Origin: Alphaproteobacteria bacterium UBA1254 | GTDB lineage: Bacteria; Pseudomonadota; Alphaproteobacteria; RF32; CAG-239 | DNA: 49,193 bases | Assembly: GCA_002308495.1 (NCBI GenBank) | Contig: DBVW01000001.1 | Location: 2,684 to 51,876, forward strand | Direction: 5' to 3' | In this document: piece by piece, positions 1-8,462 of the stretch | Position numbering within the stretch: the first letter of the stretch is position 1 | Layout of the letters: the number at the start of each line of letters is the position of its first letter | Translations under genes and position numbers: made by a program | The notes under the pieces: model-generated | The model's input: the letters and a program-made list of their open reading frames with translations, nothing else | What the model was told of the DNA's origin: nothing | Database searches by the model: none

Positions 1-19
1 CCACCTGAGCTACACACCC
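1..19 (-). tRNA. 5' end of a tRNA gene truncated by the window edge (identity undetermined)
   Basis: Reverse complement of nt 1-19 reads GGGTGTGTAGCTCAGGTGG, a canonical acceptor stem plus D-arm start. The rest lies outside the window. Confidence 0.5.
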
Positions 20-153
20 GAAAGTATGCTTTGCATATCATACACTTTTAAAAATGGCAAGCTTTTTTTTTAAATATACAAACTTTTTCGCTTTTTTATA
101 AAACGTTAAGACTTCATCTGTTAATATATCTTTTTTGAAAGGATATTCCGTTC

Positions 154-1020
154 GTGCGACTTTTGAATATTGATTATAAAAAATTTGATGTTTATTCGGA
201 AAATGAAACTCGTGAATTTAAATTTCCGTTGTTGATCAGTATACCGCATTCAGGACGAATTTTTCCTGAGGAATTTTTTGCCATAACCAACCGAAGTTTG
301 AATGATCTCAGAACAAATGAGGATTTGTTTGTCGATGAATTGCTCGACCCGCTTGCCAAAGAGGGAATATCCATTATTAAGGTTAATGTTGCACGCGCTT
401 TTATAGATGTGAACAGAGATAAAATCGAACTTGATGAAAAAATGTTTTATGATTATCCGGCGGATAAAATTATTTTTGAAAATACGCGTTGTCGTTCAGG
501 CTACGGATTGATACACCGCGTGTGTGCAAACGGAAAACTTATATATGAAAATCCTATTTCGTATGTCGAAGTTCAAGCGCGTATTAAAAATATATATGAT
601 GCGTATCATAAACGTTTAAGTTTGCTTGTTAATAAATGTGTTCAAAAATTCGGATGTTGCTTTTTGCTGGATTGCCATTCAATGCCTTCAAAAATTTGTT
701 CAATTATGGGTGATGACGAAAAAATAGATGTATGTCTTGGTGATTTGTTTTCGCAAAGCTGTCCGCCGACCATGAGCGAATTTTTATGCGAAAATTTAAA
801 AGAAAAAGGCTATGATGTGTTGAAAAATGTGCCTTATTCGGGCGCTTATACGACCTTTAATTATTGCCAGCCCAGAAAAAAAATATATACCCTTCAATTA
901 GAAATTAATCGTTCTCTTTATGCAAATGAGGATAAGCTTTCAAGAAACAAAAATTTTGAAAAAGTTCAAAAAGATTTGTGCGATACCATAATCCGTTTTG
1001 CGCACTCACTTAAAGCTTGA
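154..1020 (+). CDS. N-formylglutamate amidohydrolase family protein
   Basis: 288-aa ORF with a GTG start and an AAAGGA SD about 10 nt upstream. FGase-family motifs are present: SIPHSGR, FIDVNRD, LLDCHSM. Confidence 0.7.
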   Translation: MRLLNIDYKKFDVYSENETREFKFPLLISIPHSGRIFPEEFFAITNRSLNDLRTNEDLFVDELLDPLAKEGISIIKVNVARAFIDVNRDKIELDEKMFYDYPADKIIFENTRCRSGYGLIHRVCANGKLIYENPISYVEVQARIKNIYDAYHKRLSLLVNKCVQKFGCCFLLDCHSMPSKICSIMGDDEKIDVCLGDLFSQSCPPTMSEFLCENLKEKGYDVLKNVPYSGAYTTFNYCQPRKKIYTLQLEINRSLYANEDKLSRNKNFEKVQKDLCDTIIRFAHSLKA

Positions 1021-1089
1021 CTTTCTGATGCTTTTTTGCTAAATATGCGGGCATATTCCTTATAGATATGTCTCAAAAATTGATATGTT

Positions 1090-1611
1090 ATGAGAAAGCT
1101 TGTATTATTTTGGGTTTGCATTTTGCTTTCAACGGCAATGTATGCGCAGATGAACATTTCATGGTATCATGTTTATGGGAGCGCCGTTTTTAAGGGTGGT
1201 TACAATGTGCTTGAAAAAGCACCTGTCGCCACAATTGACTTAAATGCGGATATCGGTTTTATCAGGGCGGAGTTTGAAATGGGATATTCTCCTTTTCAAA
1301 CACCTAACGGTGGATTGGAACATGTGAGTTATTTTGCACCGGCTCTCGGTGTGATGTATGGTAACAAAAACATGATTTATTTTTTAGTTGGAGGTCAGCC
1401 TTGGGGCGGCATCTATACTTCACAAACCGGTGAACAAAAATTTTCGAAAGATTGTTGGCATGTTAAGTTTGAAGGCGGTGTGGATTTCAGAATTTCAGAT
1501 TTGTTCTATTTTAATCTGACTTCGATTTATCTTTTACCGCGCAAAGATAGAGCAACACTTCAACACTTTCAGAATCTGTCTTTTCTTGCCGGCATAGGCG
1601 TTAATTTTTAA
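1090..1611 (+). CDS. small outer-membrane beta-barrel protein (hypothetical)
   Basis: Signal peptide MRKLVLFWVCILLSTAMYAQ, alternating aromatic/Gly-rich strands and a C-terminal GVNF typical of OMPs. Confidence 0.55.
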   Translation: MRKLVLFWVCILLSTAMYAQMNISWYHVYGSAVFKGGYNVLEKAPVATIDLNADIGFIRAEFEMGYSPFQTPNGGLEHVSYFAPALGVMYGNKNMIYFLVGGQPWGGIYTSQTGEQKFSKDCWHVKFEGGVDFRISDLFYFNLTSIYLLPRKDRATLQHFQNLSFLAGIGVNF

Positions 1612-1617
1612 TTTGTG

Positions 1618-1656
1618 AGGGGCTTGCGCAGAAATGCGTCTAGCCCTTTGTTTTTG
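1618..1656 (+). terminator. rho-independent terminator after the OMP gene
   Basis: Nested hairpin GGGCTTGCGCA-GAAA-TGCGTCTAGCCC followed by TTTGTTTTT. Confidence 0.6.
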
Positions 1657-1897
1657 CATATTTATTTGGCATTTTTGGCTTTTTTTTGTATTTTTTGCTG
1701 GATTTTTCAAAAAAATTGTGTTATGAAAGTCGAAATTAATTTTTCGTTAATTATGTTAAACGAAAAGTTAAGCTGTTTTAACGCCGTGTTTAAAGCCTTT
1801 TTAAGCAGATGCTTGAATTGCCGGACGGAAATTAAAATGGATGTTTTAAGGGAAGTCTTTTGTTTTTGACACGGATATAAAAGGATATATTTTAAAA

Positions 1898-2509
1898 GTG
1901 CTTCGAAAAATCATTTTTATAGCGGTGATTTGTTTGGGTATTGCACACCCTATTAAAGCTCAAAAAGATTTTAAGGTGAACACACATACGAGCTTGGAGC
2001 CGACAGCTTCCGAGGTTTGTGCGCTTTCTGTTGCACGTATGGAAGAAAAATATGGCATTAAAAACCATTTGCTTGAAACAATCGCGAGTGTCGAAAGCGG
2101 TGTTTGGGATAATGAAACACGCACGTTTATTTCGTGGCCGTGGTCAATTAATGTGAACGGTAAAGGATATCGCTATTCTTCAAAAGAAGAAGCTGTTGCC
2201 GCCGTTAAAAATTTTCAGGCACAGGGCATTACAAGTATTGATGTCGGATGTATGCAAATCAGCTTAAAGTTTCACGGAAAATCTTTTGAAAGCGTTGAAG
2301 ATGCGATGGATCCCGATACGAATGTTGAATACAGTGCACAGTTTTTGAAAAAGTTGTATCTTAAAAAAGGAAGTTGGCAAAAAGCCGCAATGGCTTATCA
2401 CTCAAAAGTTAACGAATATGCACAAGTTTATAAAGCAAAACTGATTAATCGGTTTAATAAAATGAAGTTGGCTTTTCTTGATTATCAGGAAAATATTTCG
2501 CTTTTTTAA
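1898..2509 (+). CDS. lytic transglycosylase (SLT domain) protein, secreted
   Basis: Signal peptide, catalytic-Glu motif IASVESG, plus GCMQI and AYHS motifs typical of the SLT domain. GTG start. Confidence 0.7.
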   Translation: MLRKIIFIAVICLGIAHPIKAQKDFKVNTHTSLEPTASEVCALSVARMEEKYGIKNHLLETIASVESGVWDNETRTFISWPWSINVNGKGYRYSSKEEAVAAVKNFQAQGITSIDVGCMQISLKFHGKSFESVEDAMDPDTNVEYSAQFLKKLYLKKGSWQKAAMAYHSKVNEYAQVYKAKLINRFNKMKLAFLDYQENISLF

Positions 2510-2520
2510 GGGATTTTATC

Positions 2521-3252
2521 ATGGAAAAGTTTGAAAAAAGTTTTCAAATCCGTTCATACGAATGTGATAAGAACGGATTTTTACGTGTTGTCACACTGAT
2601 GAATATTTTGCAGGATGCCGCCGATTTGAGTGCAACATCTTTGGGCTTCGGGTTTGATTTTTGCCTTCAGAGCGGGCTTGCGTGGGTCGGGACTAATTAT
2701 CATGTTAAAATCAATCGTATGCCGAAAGTTCATGAGACAATTAAAATTCAAACGTGGCCGTCCGGTGAAAATAAGTTTATGGCATTGCGTGATTTTATTG
2801 TTTTTGATGAAAACGATGTCGAGATTATGAAAGCGACCAGTCAATGGGTTTTGGTTGATGTTAATCGCAAGCGTCCGGTTTCTCTTAATCAATATTTGCC
2901 GGAATATATGTATATTGATGAGCGTGTTTTAGGAACCGAATTTGCTAAGCTTGAGGCACATGAAACAGCAGATTTTTCAAAAGAGTTTGAAGCGCGTTTT
3001 GATGATATTGATTTAAACAGGCACGTGAATAATGCGATTTATCCGCTCTGGGCCGTGGAGAGTTTGCCTGTCGATTTTCACGAAAAATATTTGCCGTCAG
3101 AAATCGAAATTTCGTTTAAAAAAGAATGTTTGTGCGGTGAAAGAGTTCAAATTTTAACTCATGTTGAAAATAATGTTTCCGTTCATAGAATTTCATCGTT
3201 GACGGAGCCAAAAGATTTGGCGTTGTTGCGTGTGCATTGGTATGAAAAATAA
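2521..3252 (+). CDS. acyl-ACP thioesterase family protein
   Basis: 243 aa with a double hot-dog layout: N-terminal YECDKNG...WVGTNYHVKINRMP...IQTWP and a second half with DIDLNRHVNNAIY. Confidence 0.7.
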   Translation: MEKFEKSFQIRSYECDKNGFLRVVTLMNILQDAADLSATSLGFGFDFCLQSGLAWVGTNYHVKINRMPKVHETIKIQTWPSGENKFMALRDFIVFDENDVEIMKATSQWVLVDVNRKRPVSLNQYLPEYMYIDERVLGTEFAKLEAHETADFSKEFEARFDDIDLNRHVNNAIYPLWAVESLPVDFHEKYLPSEIEISFKKECLCGERVQILTHVENNVSVHRISSLTEPKDLALLRVHWYEK

Positions 3253-3266
3253 ATTTTTCGTTTTGT

Positions 3267-3298
3267 AAAAAAAAAGCGGCTCGAAAGCCGCTTTTTTT
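3267..3298. terminator. bidirectional rho-independent terminator
   Basis: A-tract, GCGGC-TCGAAA-GCCGC hairpin, T-tract, between convergent genes. Confidence 0.75.
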
Positions 3299-3992
3299 AT
3301 TTTTTCAGCCATTTGACACAGACGATTTGCAGCGCAATCATGATTAAGAAAAACGCCAACAACGAAAGTCTGAAACCTGCCAAACGAACGAGTGTTGAAA
3401 GAATATAAACACCAATAAACAAGACGGTATTTAAGCGCATCTTTGTTTGAAAATTGAGAGGTGTTTTATTTAAAACGCACGCAAGTCCCGTACACATGGC
3501 ATAAAATAAAACGGCAATTAAAAAGCAGGCAAAATTGAAGAACGGTCCGATCAGCACGACCCCCCATACAAGCCATTTTATCAGGTTATACATTAAAGGT
3601 GTGTAGTCTTGTTTGGGGAGATTAAGATTTGAAGATAATTTTTGGCGGCGGACCTCTTTATTGTTGATTGTGTAAAGATAAGAACGTGTTAAATAAATAC
3701 CCGGTTTTTCGATTTCTAGCAAAAGATCTTTTGTCGGGTCAATTTCAACCGCAAAAGATTCCTCTCCGATCGTGTAATTCAGTGTTTTCGGTTCTTGAGG
3801 GACCACTAATTGACCATTTTCGATTTTAATCGGCAATAAGTCATCGGCAACCTTTTGAACGTAAGGCACCATTTGGGGCAAAAAACGATTTATGGTGTAA
3901 GCCGAATAAAAAGCAATGATGGCGCTGAAAAGCAAAAGGGTCAAAGCACCGATGCCTTTGCCTTTTGTGATGTAATTTAGTAATTTTTGCAT
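3297..3992 (-). CDS. polytopic inner-membrane protein (possibly DUF1189-like), function unknown
   Basis: 231 aa with a good SD (AAAGGAG) and several hydrophobic segments. The family call is a weak recollection only. Confidence 0.5.
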   Translation of the reverse strand: MQKLLNYITKGKGIGALTLLLFSAIIAFYSAYTINRFLPQMVPYVQKVADDLLPIKIENGQLVVPQEPKTLNYTIGEESFAVEIDPTKDLLLEIEKPGIYLTRSYLYTINNKEVRRQKLSSNLNLPKQDYTPLMYNLIKWLVWGVVLIGPFFNFACFLIAVLFYAMCTGLACVLNKTPLNFQTKMRLNTVLFIGVYILSTLVRLAGFRLSLLAFFLIMIALQIVCVKWLKK

Positions 3993-4039
3993 ATCTAGTC
4001 TCCTTTGATAAAAAGTAATTTATGTTCTTATTTTTGTTT

Positions 4040-4537
4040 TTAAAGTTCTTTAATAATCATCATTAAAACAAGTGCGGCGAAAATACCGGCGAATATGTCA
4101 TCGAGCATGACGCCGCATGCGTTTTTGAGTTTTGTGTCAGCCCATTTAACAGGTCCGATTTTAAAAATATCAAATAAACGAAACAGACCAAAACCGATTA
4201 AATAAACCAAAAAGGCCTTGGCAGATGTGTTGTGATATAAATACGGTGTCGCTAAAATAAAAGTTGTCAGCTGACCTGCCGTTTCATCAATAACTATTTT
4301 TCCGGGATCTTTTTCAGGAGAATCTTTTGTGGCATGATAAACAGCTATCGTTCCTATGATGAAAATAACCAATACGCTGTAAAAAATACCGTCAAAACCT
4401 AAGAAGCAAGCTATTAAAAAAGCAAAGGGTAATGTGGCAAGCGAACCCATCGTTCCGGGGGCTTTGGGAGATAAACCTGCACCGAAAAAAGTGGCAATAA
4501 AAAGAGAAATTTTTTTTAGCATTAAAGTTTCTTTCAT
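4040..4537 (-). CDS. pgpA: phosphatidylglycerophosphatase A
   Basis: 165 aa with the N-terminal FFGAGLSPKAPGTMGSLA motif and a membrane C-terminus characteristic of PgpA. Confidence 0.85.
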   Translation of the reverse strand: MKETLMLKKISLFIATFFGAGLSPKAPGTMGSLATLPFAFLIACFLGFDGIFYSVLVIFIIGTIAVYHATKDSPEKDPGKIVIDETAGQLTTFILATPYLYHNTSAKAFLVYLIGFGLFRLFDIFKIGPVKWADTKLKNACGVMLDDIFAGIFAALVLMMIIKEL

Positions 4538-4625
4538 GAAAATTAGCTCTCTAGATTATAAAACATCAAAATTAAATTGCAATGATATTTTTTTTCTTTA
4601 TATTAGATTGAATAAAGGAAAAAGA

Positions 4626-5669
4626 ATGGTTGAAGTTGTAACATTCGGTTGTCGTCTTAATGCTTTTGAGTCTGAAGTGATGAAAGAAAAGCTCAAAGCT
4701 TATGACAATCTGATAGTGGTTAATACCTGTGCCGTGACAGGAGAAGCTGAGCGGCAATGCCGGCAAGCCGTGCGTAAGCTCAAGAAAGAAAATCCTGATG
4801 CTAAAATTGTGGTTACCGGTTGTTCGGCTCAGGTGCATGCGGACTCTTTTATGAAAATGAAAGAGGTGGATTTGGTTTTAGGCAATAAAGAAAAAGCCGA
4901 CATTGAAAATTATGTTCGTCAGATTGGCGGAATTAAATTTAAAATTAGTGATATTATGAGTGATGAAGGTTTGGACGAATATATGATTACCGGTTTTGAG
5001 GGACGGGAAAAGGCATTTGTTCAAATTCAGCAGGGTTGCAATCATCGATGTACATATTGTATCGTGCCGTTTGCGCGGGGAAAAAATCGTTCAATGGAGA
5101 TTGAAAAAGTTGTGGCGCAGGTCAAACTTTTGGTTCAAAAAGGTATTAAAAAAATATGTTTGACGGGTGTTGATATTTGTTCTTATCAATATGGGTTGGC
5201 GCGTGTTACAAAAGCTATTTTAGAAAATATAACAGGTTTAAAAGAACTTTCTTTCGGTTCGCTTGATCCGGCCGCAGTTGATGATGAACTGATTTCTTTG
5301 ATCGGTCAACACAGAAGAATATTGCCGTATTTTCATTTATCGGTTCAATCAGGAGATAATACGGTTTTAAGGCGTATGGGAAGGCGACATACAAGAGAGA
5401 AAGTTATTGAGCTTTGCGATAAAATTCGCAAAGTGCGTGAAGATGCAACCTTTGGGGCTGATTTTATTTGCGGCTTTCCGAGTGAAACAGACGAAGCTTT
5501 TGAAAATACGTGTCGTTTGGTTGATGAGGCAGGCATTGACAAGTTACATGTTTTTCCTTATTCGGAAAGAGAGGGAACAGCGGCTGCCAAAATGAAACAA
5601 ATTGATATGCATATCAGGCGTGAGCGGGCTAAGATTTTAAGACAAATGAGAGAGGAAAATAATGATTAG
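4626..5669 (+). CDS. mtaB: MtaB-like radical-SAM methylthiotransferase (tRNA ms2t6A), C-terminally short
   Basis: Start moved to the ATG at 4626 (MVEVVTFGCRLNAFESEVMKE); the track ORF from 4434 overlaps pgpA. CNHRCTYC radical-SAM cluster present. Ends after the radical-SAM core with no TRAM-length tail. Confidence 0.8.
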   Translation: MVEVVTFGCRLNAFESEVMKEKLKAYDNLIVVNTCAVTGEAERQCRQAVRKLKKENPDAKIVVTGCSAQVHADSFMKMKEVDLVLGNKEKADIENYVRQIGGIKFKISDIMSDEGLDEYMITGFEGREKAFVQIQQGCNHRCTYCIVPFARGKNRSMEIEKVVAQVKLLVQKGIKKICLTGVDICSYQYGLARVTKAILENITGLKELSFGSLDPAAVDDELISLIGQHRRILPYFHLSVQSGDNTVLRRMGRRHTREKVIELCDKIRKVREDATFGADFICGFPSETDEAFENTCRLVDEAGIDKLHVFPYSEREGTAAAKMKQIDMHIRRERAKILRQMREENND

Positions 5670-6579
5670 TTTTTTTCAAAAACTTGGGTTGGGCTTAAAG
5701 AAAACTTCAGATAAAATTTCAGAAGGTTTGAAAGAAATCGTTTTAAAAAGAAAAGTTGATCGGGAAGTTTTGGAAGAATTAGAGGAATTGCTTATCAGTT
5801 CGGATATCGGCGTTCAGGCAAGTGCAGATATTATTGAAAGTTTTTCGGCGCAAAAGTTTGATAAAGAGGTTTCTTTGAGCGAAGTTAAAGAGGCACTTTG
5901 TTGTGAAACAGCAAAAATTTTGATGCCTTTGGAGACGCATTTTGATGTTTCGGAGCATAAGCCTTATGTCATTTTGATGGTCGGAGTTAACGGTGCGGGA
6001 AAGACAACGACGGTCGGAAAGCTTGCTGCCAAATTAAAAGAACAGGGTAAAAAAGTTTCGTTCATTGCGGGTGATACATTTCGTGCGGCAGCAGTCGAAC
6101 AGCTGGAGGCTTGGGCTTTTCGTTTGGGTGTTCGCGTTTTTAAAGGTGAGCATGGTTGCGATAGTGCCGGTCTTTGTTATGACGGTTTGTCAGCAGCTGT
6201 CAAAGAGGGCGATGATGTTGTTTTTATTGATACGGCCGGGCGTTTGCAAAATAAAGACGGTTTGATGGACGAGTTGCAAAAAGTTGTTCGCGTGATTAAA
6301 AAAGTGATGCCTGATGCACCACACTTAACGCTTTTAACGTTAGATGCCACAACAGGGCAGAATGCACTTTCACAGGTTGAAATTTTCAAAAAAATTGTTG
6401 ATGTTAACGGTCTTGTCGTGACAAAACTTGACGGATCTTCGAAAGGCGGTATTTTGGTCGCTATTGCCAAAGAAAATCCCACACCGGTTTATTTTATCGG
6501 TGTGGGTGAAAAAATTGAAGATTTAGACGTTTTTGAGGCTCAGTCTTATGCTCAAAATTTAATAGGTGTTAATCAATAA
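5662..6579 (+). CDS. ftsY: signal recognition particle receptor FtsY
   Basis: 305 aa with GVNGAGKTTT, DTAGR and TKLDG SRP-GTPase motifs. Overlaps the mtaB stop by 8 nt. Confidence 0.92.
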   Translation: MISFFQKLGLGLKKTSDKISEGLKEIVLKRKVDREVLEELEELLISSDIGVQASADIIESFSAQKFDKEVSLSEVKEALCCETAKILMPLETHFDVSEHKPYVILMVGVNGAGKTTTVGKLAAKLKEQGKKVSFIAGDTFRAAAVEQLEAWAFRLGVRVFKGEHGCDSAGLCYDGLSAAVKEGDDVVFIDTAGRLQNKDGLMDELQKVVRVIKKVMPDAPHLTLLTLDATTGQNALSQVEIFKKIVDVNGLVVTKLDGSSKGGILVAIAKENPTPVYFIGVGEKIEDLDVFEAQSYAQNLIGVNQ

Positions 6580-7127
6580 AGTTGAAATCTTGACCAGATA
6601 AAGAGGACATTTCCGTCATTTTTGATTCCGGGAACATAGGCGGCCTGTAAGTCAAACCTTTTATAACCGATGCCGAACATCGGTAAAGGTAACGGGATAG
6701 GAATGTAGCTATATTCATGACGTTGTGTGGCACCGATGGTGAAACCGTAACCGAGGCGAATGTCATGCCAATATTTGTTTTTTAAGAAAGCATAGCCGAA
6801 CATTGTTTCGCCGTAACCGTTCGAATCCTTAAAATAGAGGGCATATAAAGAGTGTAAATCACCGTCCTCATCAAAACGTGAAAAACCAAGTCCCGCACCC
6901 CATGGGTTTTCGTTGTATTTTTTGATGTGGTCTCTGTCATAGGTTAATCTGTTATGCCAAGCGTAAAGCGGAACATAGACATCATAAGAGTGTTCGTTCC
7001 ATGTTTCGATGACATTATAACGAATCGTGCAATACCAATCACCCAAAGTTTCACAAATTCCGGCTTTGGCAGAGAAAGGAGTTAAAATTAAGAGAGTTAA
7101 AACAAAAATTTGATAGAGTTTTTTCAT
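6573..7127 (-). CDS. pagP: lipid A palmitoyltransferase PagP
   Basis: 184 aa and collinear with E. coli PagP as I recall it: YVPLYAWHNR...YNENPWGAGLGFSRFDE...LYALYFKDS...GNVLFIWSRFQLY. The catalytic His/Asp/Ser positions are conserved. Confidence 0.85.
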   Translation of the reverse strand: MKKLYQIFVLTLLILTPFSAKAGICETLGDWYCTIRYNVIETWNEHSYDVYVPLYAWHNRLTYDRDHIKKYNENPWGAGLGFSRFDEDGDLHSLYALYFKDSNGYGETMFGYAFLKNKYWHDIRLGYGFTIGATQRHEYSYIPIPLPLPMFGIGYKRFDLQAAYVPGIKNDGNVLFIWSRFQLY

Positions 7128-7138
7128 TGAGTTCGTTC

Positions 7139-7969
7139 CTATTTTTTTGAAATAATGTATTTTAAGTGGCCATCTGCCGAAATTTTATCAATCACGGCTT
7201 TGATGAAGATGTCTATTTTTTTGCCTTCGCGATAATCAGCAGGTGCAACCATGTGTGCACGCCCGTCACGATTTAATTTGAGAGCTCGCTCTTTTTGACC
7301 GTCTTTATAAACGGCCAAAGTGTGTCCGCCTGCCTTGTTGAGCATTGACATGCAAGGAATATCGGTGCTTCCGTCACCAATATAAATCATGTTTTCAAAA
7401 GGCAGCGGTTTGCATTCTTTTTGCATGTGTCTGTTGACGCCTTCGGTATCCGTTACGTCAAGACAACCCTTGTTGATACGATACATATATTGTGTTTTGG
7501 AGGTATAATTTAAAATCATGGCAGGCCAAACGGCTGCGCCTGTTTTATCGTATAAAAAAGTTGAAGCAAAAATTTCGGTAAATTTGTCGGCGATTGATGT
7601 GCCTTCAAGCATTTCTTTCAGGCCGGACGAAATGATGAAATGTTGCAATTTGATGCCTTTGGAATGGGCGTATTTATTGATGCGGTCAAAATAAGTTTCA
7701 ACGCCGGGAAAAAATTTAATGGCTTTGCCGTAACTTTTGAAATCTTCGCGTGTGATGGGCAGATTGCGCTTTCGCGACTCGTCAATCGTTACTTTCATAT
7801 AAGTTAAAATTTCATCACCTTTTTGATCTTTGGCTAAGCTGTTAGCCGTGTTCCAAAATTCAGCCGGTGTGATGCCGAGTTTTTTTACAAAGCTGTATTC
7901 TTGCATGTTGCCGGGGGCTAATGTTCCGTCAAAATCATAGCAGATGGCCATGGGAATGAGTTGTCGCAT
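7139..7969 (-). CDS. HAD-superfamily hydrolase (subfamily unclear), paralogue A
   Basis: Motif I YDFDGTL, motif II IISSG, motif IV IGDGSTDIP. Clear paralogue of the gene at 21067-21915. Confidence 0.7.
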   Translation of the reverse strand: MRQLIPMAICYDFDGTLAPGNMQEYSFVKKLGITPAEFWNTANSLAKDQKGDEILTYMKVTIDESRKRNLPITREDFKSYGKAIKFFPGVETYFDRINKYAHSKGIKLQHFIISSGLKEMLEGTSIADKFTEIFASTFLYDKTGAAVWPAMILNYTSKTQYMYRINKGCLDVTDTEGVNRHMQKECKPLPFENMIYIGDGSTDIPCMSMLNKAGGHTLAVYKDGQKERALKLNRDGRAHMVAPADYREGKKIDIFIKAVIDKISADGHLKYIISKK

Positions 7970-8067
7970 ATTTTTCCTTATTGTAAGGTAATGGTCAGTA
8001 ATTGTTATGACGTTAGCGGATTATGAACGAAAATCAAGTATTTTTTGTATATCTTGAACAAAAACAC

Positions 8068-8096
8068 TTGACGAGGCTTTTTTTTTAATATATACG
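8068..8096 (+). promoter_or_regulatory. sigma70-like promoter upstream of the tRNA-Ser(UGA) locus
   Basis: TTGACG, 17-nt spacer, TATACG, in an AT-rich context. Confidence 0.45.
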
Positions 8097-8112
8097 GATA
8101 GCACTTTCGCAT

Positions 8113-8184
8113 GGAAAGGTGGCTTTAGGGTTTTAATTAGAGCGGTCTTGGAATCGCAGATCGGCGAAGCCGCAAACCGTCGAG
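8113..8184 (+). pseudogene. decayed partial copy of tRNA-Ser(UGA): 5' acceptor strand plus an interrupted anticodon arm
   Basis: GGAAAGGTGGC, AGCGGTCTTG and AAACCGTCGAG blocks are identical to the intact tRNA 131 nt downstream. There is a 23-nt insertion after the anticodon-loop CTTG and no T-arm. Confidence 0.45.
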
Positions 8185-8243
8185 TAATGACGAAGTCGTG
8201 ACGGTTTTCTTTAGAGGAAATTATTTTGAAGAGAAGTCAATAT

Positions 8244-8333
8244 GGAAAGGTGGCAGAGCGGTTTAATGCAGCGGTCTTGAAAACCGTCGAGGGTGCGAGC
8301 CCTCCCAGAGTTCGAATCTCTGCCTTTCCGCCA
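8244..8333 (+). tRNA. tRNA-Ser (anticodon UGA), CCA encoded
   Basis: Folds by hand: acceptor GGAAAGG/CCTTTCC, anticodon loop CTTGAAA, long variable arm, T-arm CAGAG-TTCGAAT-CTCTG, discriminator G, CCA. Confidence 0.95.
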
Positions 8334-8339
8334 ACAGAA

Positions 8340-8371
8340 AAAAACATCGGCTTTAAGTCGGTGTTTTTTTT
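8340..8371 (+). terminator. rho-independent terminator after tRNA-Ser(UGA)
   Basis: CATCGGC-TTTAA-GTCGGTG hairpin (with G-U pairs) followed by T8. Confidence 0.6.
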
Positions 8372-8462
8372 ATGGCTTGTGAATAAAAAAAGTTAAATTC
8401 GTTGATATCAGATGTGTTTTGTGCTACCGTGCAAACACTTAAAATAAATTTAGAGGATAACG

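Noticed and set aside
1615-1869. 84-aa ORF in the gap between the OMP gene and the SLT gene.
   Set aside because: It begins inside the terminator hairpin, has a Phe/Leu/Cys-rich composition typical of AT-rich non-coding DNA, and has no SD.
4434-4625. 5' extension of the MtaB ORF (track ORF starts at 4434), which would overlap pgpA on the opposite strand by about 100 nt.
   Set aside because: The extension has no homology-like features. The conserved MtaB N-terminus begins exactly at the ATG at 4626, and the overlapped region is clearly pgpA coding sequence.
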